Shown here: in pieces, positions 24,708-28,399 of the stretch
Layout of the letters: each line of letters begins with the position of its first letter
Position numbering within the stretch: position 1 is the first letter of the stretch
Virus record (IMG/VR): IMGVR_UViG_3300028553_000130
Span: 1 to 28,399 of that record
Strand: one strand, 5' to 3'
From: a virus
Taxonomy: Duplodnaviria > Caudoviricetes
Length of the DNA stretch: 28,399 nucleotides
Program-made: the position numbers and the translations under genes
The notes under the pieces: generated by a model
Told to the model about the DNA's origin: nothing
The model's database searches: none
The model's input: only the letters and a program-made list of their open reading frames with translations

Positions 24708-24791
24708 CGATCGATACCTCTATCTATCGGTTGGTGATCGCCGGCCCGGTGTTTGCGTCACCGTGTCGGCATTTTTTTGTGTTCGTGGCGT

Positions 24792-24980
24792 TCAATCCCG
24801 CCAGTCCGGGTCTTCGACAAACGGCACGCCGGCCGTGCGTTCCTGCTCCGACTCGCCCAGCGATTGCAGGCGCGCCATCCGGCAGCCCTCGCCCATCGGG
24901 ACGGTGCGCTGCAAACACCCAAGCCCGTGAGGTGACCATGCCTCGCATCCAGCGCAGATTTCCGGATTTGCCTCGCTCAT
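24792..24980 (-). CDS. Small Cys-containing hypothetical protein
   Basis: ATGA coupling; CAGCEAW. Confidence 0.5.
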   Translation of the reverse strand: MSEANPEICAGCEAWSPHGLGCLQRTVPMGEGCRMARLQSLGESEQERTAGVPFVEDPDWRD

Positions 24981-25327
24981 TGGTACGCCCTCTCGGTGCG
25001 ATTCCCCGACACCACGACGGTGATCACCGGCCACAGGAACCCGGTCGCGTCGCGTTCGCCCACGCGCTCATCGAGCGGAAGCTGGATCTTCGGCTTGGTC
25101 TCTTTGCAGGCCGCGCACTGCATCGGCGTGCCGCCCGCCTTGTCCATCTGCGCCTGCCGCCGCGCGAGCCCGCTATGGTTGTAGGTCGCGCGCGTCCCAC
25201 AGCAGCAGGTCTCCACCTCGTAGAACGATCGCTCTTGCTGATGGGCCGCGATCGTGATCTGGATGACCCGCGTATTGCCGACCACATCCCCCGGCCGGTA
25301 ATGCCTCCATGTCTTGGAGCGGCTCAC
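24977..25327 (-). CDS. Hypothetical zinc-binding protein
   Basis: CCCG and CAAC; coupled both sides. Confidence 0.55.
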   Translation of the reverse strand: MSRSKTWRHYRPGDVVGNTRVIQITIAAHQQERSFYEVETCCCGTRATYNHSGLARRQAQMDKAGGTPMQCAACKETKPKIQLPLDERVGERDATGFLWPVITVVVSGNRTERAYQ

Positions 25328-25557
25328 CGGTCACCCCCGCGCCCTACAGCGCCCCGCATATCCCTATCCTGCGCCGCCTCGCCACTGGCGTTTTCGTGAT
25401 GCAGCGCCGATGCTTTCTCCGCAAGGTCGGCAGCAATCAGCCGCCGCACGTAATAGGAAACGCTGCGGTCTTCGGCCTTCGCCGATGCTTGCAGCGCCAG
25501 ATAGGTCTGCGCGTCAACCCAGATTTTTATGTCGTGATCCACGAGTGGGGGTCTCAT
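25324..25557 (-). CDS. Ribbon-helix-helix DNA-binding protein
   Basis: IKIWVD...Y.AL...A..EDRSVS.YVR.LI. Confidence 0.7.
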   Translation of the reverse strand: MRPPLVDHDIKIWVDAQTYLALQASAKAEDRSVSYYVRRLIAADLAEKASALHHENASGEAAQDRDMRGAVGRGGDR

Positions 25558-25577
25558 CAGTGGCGTCCATTGCATCC

Positions 25578-25613
25578 AAAAAAATGCCCGCCCGCGTTGC
25601 CGCGGACGAGCGC
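25578..25613 (-). terminator. tR1-like terminator in the early operon
   Basis: GC-rich stem with GCAA loop followed by T7 on the minus strand. Confidence 0.6.
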
Positions 25614-25648
25614 AAACCCCGCGAACGGGGACGAGGAGGACCTGGAGA

Positions 25649-25834
25649 TCATTGGCCCGACGGGCACGGCGGTGCGGCCAGTTCGGCTTCGAGTGTCTTG
25701 ATGCTGTCGTCGACGGCCAGGCGCTGCACTTCCCAGACGGGGTCATCGGCGCTGTATTGGACCAGGCGGTCCAGGAGGGCGCGCTGGCCGATCATCGCGG
25801 AGAGGAGTTCTTCGAGACGGCCGCGGTTGTTCAT
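25649..25834 (-). CDS. Hypothetical protein
   Basis: GAGG RBS, ATGA coupling. Confidence 0.55.
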   Translation of the reverse strand: MNNRGRLEELLSAMIGQRALLDRLVQYSADDPVWEVQRLAVDDSIKTLEAELAAPPCPSGQ

Positions 25835-26025
25835 GGCGAGACCTCGGTGGGTGCGGGAAGGCGAGCGGGGCAGGGCTCCGACGCTGGCAGGTCAGCGCGG
25901 CGCAGCGCGCAGGCCCAGGGCGTGCGCAACGGGTCGGTGTTGCGGTCTTCGAACCGTCGGCAACCGATGCGCTCGCTGCCGCACGTGGTCCCCAGGCAGC
26001 GGCAGATATCGATGGGCAGGCTCAT
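25831..26025 (-). CDS. Small Cys-rich protein (MSLPIDICRC...)
   Basis: GAGGAG RBS, ATGA coupling. Confidence 0.55.
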   Translation of the reverse strand: MSLPIDICRCLGTTCGSERIGCRRFEDRNTDPLRTPWACALRRADLPASEPCPARLPAPTEVSP

Positions 26026-26219
26026 AGCGCCGTCTCCTCCGTGATGGCGTCTGCCCAATCGCGCAGCAGAACCACTGCGCCGGCCAGCTCGGCCGCGTGA
26101 TGGGGCCAGGGATCGGCGGTGATCTGGGACATGTCGGCGGCGACCGCCGAGAGGCTGTCGGCGTGAATCCTCATCCTGACGGCGATCATCAGCGGATTGG
26201 GCGGGAGAGGCGTCGTCAT
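26022..26219 (-). CDS. Hypothetical protein
   Basis: ATGA coupling. Confidence 0.55.
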   Translation of the reverse strand: MTTPLPPNPLMIAVRMRIHADSLSAVAADMSQITADPWPHHAAELAGAVVLLRDWADAITEETAL

Positions 26220-26425
26220 GCCGCTGCCTCATAGCCAGAGCACACCGGAAGTTCTGGCCGCTCCGCGTGCTGGATGATGCGTTTGCTCGGCTCGGACAGG
26301 TGATCAGGGTGAGAGCACCCCGCCACGTAGCCGCGCCCTGGAACCACGTCCCGCGGCGGTGGCGGATGGCGGTCCGACTCAATGACGTGACGGCATGTGC
26401 CGCAGTGCTGCGGGGCAGTGGTCAT
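26216..26425 (-). CDS. Small Cys-rich protein
   Basis: CGTCRH...C...C.GY; ATGA coupling to cro. Confidence 0.55.
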   Translation of the reverse strand: MTTAPQHCGTCRHVIESDRHPPPPRDVVPGRGYVAGCSHPDHLSEPSKRIIQHAERPELPVCSGYEAAA

Positions 26426-26673
26426 GCCGCCCGCTCCTGGGGCTCGGGCGCAGTCGGCGGTAGGCCAGGCGCCGGCCCGAAGATATCCGGGCGCAGGTCA
26501 TAGACCGTGACGGCGCCGTTGGTAGCGTGCTGGATGGCACGACACAACTGGGGTGCCACCGGGCGTATGTTCGTAACCATTTGATATAGATAGGCAGGGG
26601 ATATCGTCAGGTCCTTTGCCAAGGCCCGGCGACCGCCGCTCGGTAACGAATCGTAGTAAGTGCGGATATCCAT
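26422..26673 (-). CDS. Cro-like (YdaS family) repressor
   Basis: HTH LAKDL.ISPAYLYQM, AI..AT.GAVT..DLRPDIFG; divergent from the cI-like gene. Confidence 0.88.
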   Translation of the reverse strand: MDIRTYYDSLPSGGRRALAKDLTISPAYLYQMVTNIRPVAPQLCRAIQHATNGAVTVYDLRPDIFGPAPGLPPTAPEPQERAA

Positions 26674-26680
26674 GTGCAGA

Positions 26681-26740
26681 AATATAGCCTCTGCTACATG
26701 TTTACGCAATAGCCAAAGCTACACTAGCGGCTGCTATTGT
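26681..26740. promoter_or_regulatory. OR region: PR promoter, three operators and probable PRM -10
   Basis: TAGC-N4-GCTA at 26685, 26710, 26725; minus strand TTGCGT-17-TATATT; plus strand TATTGT at 26735-26740. Confidence 0.85.
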
Positions 26741-26746
26741 GCTGTC

Positions 26747-27166
26747 ATGTCCAGACGTGACCAACTTCAGTTATTAGTAGACACCCGCGCCGAGGGCAAC
26801 CAGGCCGCGTTTGCTCTCATGGTGCACAGAACACCGCCTGTGATCTGGCAATACCTGAGCGGGCACAGAGAGATGGGGGAAAAATTCGCCCGTCATATTG
26901 AGAAATGTTTGCGGCTCCCCGCTGGCTGGATGGACCAACCCCACGACGCTTTGCCCGATCGCCCCGCTCCCACCCAGCAGCCCGCGGAGGACAGCCCTGT
27001 AGGCGTGGCAGCGTCAGCCCTCACGCCACGCCAGCAGGCATTGCTCGGCTACTTCGACGGACTCACCGAGGCGCAGCAAGAGGCCGTGCTGCGAGAACTT
27101 TCGGAAAAGAAACAGGTGAACCAAGCGATCGTCGCGCACTTTCTCGCCCGGCAGAAAGCGTCGTGA
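26747..27166 (+). CDS. CI-like repressor (HTH, no S24 peptidase domain)
   Basis: RR..L..L......GNQAAFA......P..I.QYLSG.R.MGEK.AR.IE..L.LP.GWMD. Confidence 0.85.
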   Translation: MSRRDQLQLLVDTRAEGNQAAFALMVHRTPPVIWQYLSGHREMGEKFARHIEKCLRLPAGWMDQPHDALPDRPAPTQQPAEDSPVGVAASALTPRQQALLGYFDGLTEAQQEAVLRELSEKKQVNQAIVAHFLARQKAS

Positions 27167-27172
27167 CGGGCG

Positions 27173-27475
27173 ATGAGCGCGACCCCGGTGTATCGCAAGA
27201 AGATCACGCGGCCAGACGGGCTGGTGATTGAGGCGGTGGTGTGGCGCGTGGCCCCGCCGGTGGCGGGCTGCACCCACCCCTTCAAGTATCGGCTGTACGC
27301 GGGGCGGGACGGGCGCTGTGTGGTGCGCTACGACAACGAGCGCGGCAAAGGCGACCACAAACACCTGGGGCGGGTCGAAGTGGCCTATGCGTTCCGCTCC
27401 CTGGATCAATTGATGGCGGATTTCAGCGCGGACGTGAACCGGCTCGGAGGTCATGATGGCGAAAGCGGTAATTGA
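27173..27475 (+). CDS. TumE-like (DUF6516) putative toxin
   Basis: E.VVW.V..PV.G..H.FKYRL, VVRYDNERGKGDHKH, Y.F.S...L..DF. Confidence 0.8.
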   Translation: MSATPVYRKKITRPDGLVIEAVVWRVAPPVAGCTHPFKYRLYAGRDGRCVVRYDNERGKGDHKHLGRVEVAYAFRSLDQLMADFSADVNRLGGHDGESGN

Positions 27476-27827
27476 ATTATCTGACTGGCAGCAGATGCAG
27501 GCCGAGCTGCGGCAGACGGCCCGCCGCTTAGACGCGGGTGCCGACCTGCCGGAAGCAGACTATCACCTGGGGTACGCCACCGCGGCGCAGCTCCTCGCGG
27601 ACCTGACCCCGGCGCGGCTGACGCTCCTGGACACGCTCAAAGGGTTGGGGCCAGTGGCCGTTGAAGACCTGGCCGCGCGGTTGGAGCGGCCCCTCGGCCG
27701 CGTCCGCACCGATATTGCCAAGCTCCTGGATCTGGAGTTGATTACGCAGGATGCCGCGGGGGCAGTCGGTGTCCCGTGGGATGAAGTCCTGATTCGCCTG
27801 GCCAGCGTTGGTGCCCAGGCGGCCTGA
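27453..27827 (+). CDS. HVO_A0114/TumA-like HTH putative antitoxin
   Basis: LTP.R..LL..L...GP.....LA..L.R....V..D...L..L.LI, V.VPWDE; overlaps the toxin gene. Confidence 0.78.
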   Translation: MMAKAVIELSDWQQMQAELRQTARRLDAGADLPEADYHLGYATAAQLLADLTPARLTLLDTLKGLGPVAVEDLAARLERPLGRVRTDIAKLLDLELITQDAAGAVGVPWDEVLIRLASVGAQAA

Positions 27828-27933
27828 GATGTCGTCATCCGAGGCGGCCGGCGTCGCCTCGTTGGTCATCAAGTCGTTCTTCTGAGTCGCCGGGGCCGGG
27901 GAGCATCCCCTGCCCTGCCCCCCTGACCCCCTG

Positions 27934-27956
27934 ACCCGCTTCGGCGGGTTTTGTTT
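27934..27956 (+). terminator. Rho-independent terminator of the cI-TA transcript
   Basis: ACCCGC-TTCG-GCGGGT followed by TTTGTTT. Confidence 0.8.
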
Positions 27957-27974
27957 GCCTGCGCAATAAATATG

Positions 27975-28015
27975 TAGCAAAAGCTATTGACGCGGAATAT
28001 AGCGATTGCTATATT
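27975..28015 (+). promoter_or_regulatory. OL region: PL promoter and two operators
   Basis: TAGC-N4-GCTA at 27975 and 28000; TTGACG-17-TATATT (27987-28015). Confidence 0.85.
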
Positions 28016-28062
28016 TTATCCCAAGCCAGCCACATCGGCCGGCACCCACGGGAGACCGCCCC

Positions 28063-28266
28063 ATGATCGCCGCAGCCCCTGCTGACCTGTACTTCCCAGG
28101 CATTACCACCGAGCACCTGGATCGCCGCGCCGTGCGCCGGGCGCACAACCTGCCGCGCACCGCCCGCGGGTTCGACCTTTACAGCACCAGCGGCCACCGC
28201 GGCCGGCAGATGCTCAAGCGCCGCATCCGGCGCCAGACCGGCTTGACCTCAATTCGCGGCCTGTAA
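28063..28266 (+). CDS. First gene of the PL operon, basic hypothetical protein
   Basis: GGAG RBS; Arg-rich. Confidence 0.6.
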   Translation: MIAAAPADLYFPGITTEHLDRRAVRRAHNLPRTARGFDLYSTSGHRGRQMLKRRIRRQTGLTSIRGL

Positions 28267-28276
28267 GGAGAACGCC

Positions 28277-28399
28277 ATGTACAACCCCCGCCTTGTGCTG
28301 GATGAAGACGACGCACTGGAGTTCGCCGCCGAGGAGAAGCGCTCGGAACTCGACGATCAGCCTTTCCGCGATGCGGTGATGGAACTGGTCTCGGGTCTG
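28277..28399 (+). CDS. Partial hypothetical protein running off the right edge
   Basis: AAGGAG RBS, ATG 28277, open frame. Confidence 0.6.
   Translation, partial: MYNPRLVLDEDDALEFAAEEKRSELDDQPFRDAVMELVSGL

Larger units (their letters stand above)
1..28399. mobile_element. Temperate phage (prophage or phage-plasmid) segment
   Basis: Continuous phage gene content with a lysis-lysogeny switch; no host housekeeping genes. Confidence 0.92.

Noticed and set aside
27905-27938. Short CCCTG/CCCCCTGA tandem repeats
   Set aside because: Low complexity, few copies, no evidence of function.
1-28399. Integrase, att sites, reverse transcriptase/DGR, transposase
   Set aside because: None recognisable, so prophage versus phage-plasmid and the host species cannot be decided from this window.

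Overview
High-GC segment of a temperate phage (prophage or phage-plasmid), probably from a proteobacterium. No integrase, att site, tail or lysis genes are in the window. Right to left it contains: a lambdoid immunity region (cI/cro, five TAGC-N4-GCTA operators, PL/PR promoters, a TumE/TumA-like TA pair); an early/replication operon (RHH protein, Rha, TraR/DksA, SF2 helicase, VRR-NUC, CHC2 zinc finger, VapE, iteron origin, SSB); ParB-methyltransferase, TerS and TerL; a BrnT/BrnA pair; a C4-antisense-controlled Bro-N antirepressor plus ProQ/FinO; and a head module (portal, protease, scaffold, major capsid) resembling SPO1/K/A511-type (Herelleviridae) proteins, driven by a repeated GTCGTGACGC-CANNNT promoter-like motif. 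Strongest novel signal: two different predicted virion-associated proteins, the portal C-terminal extension and an 806-aa polyvalent protein, each carry a PBECR-like RNase domain set between K-S/K-A putative protease sites. In both, the codons right after the domain hide, on the opposite strand, a sigma70-like promoter, a 100-130 nt multi-hairpin RNA closed by a long stem, and a U-tract. This suggests a nuclease plus embedded RNA antitoxin/decoy module. All family calls are from motif recognition by eye; no searches were run.
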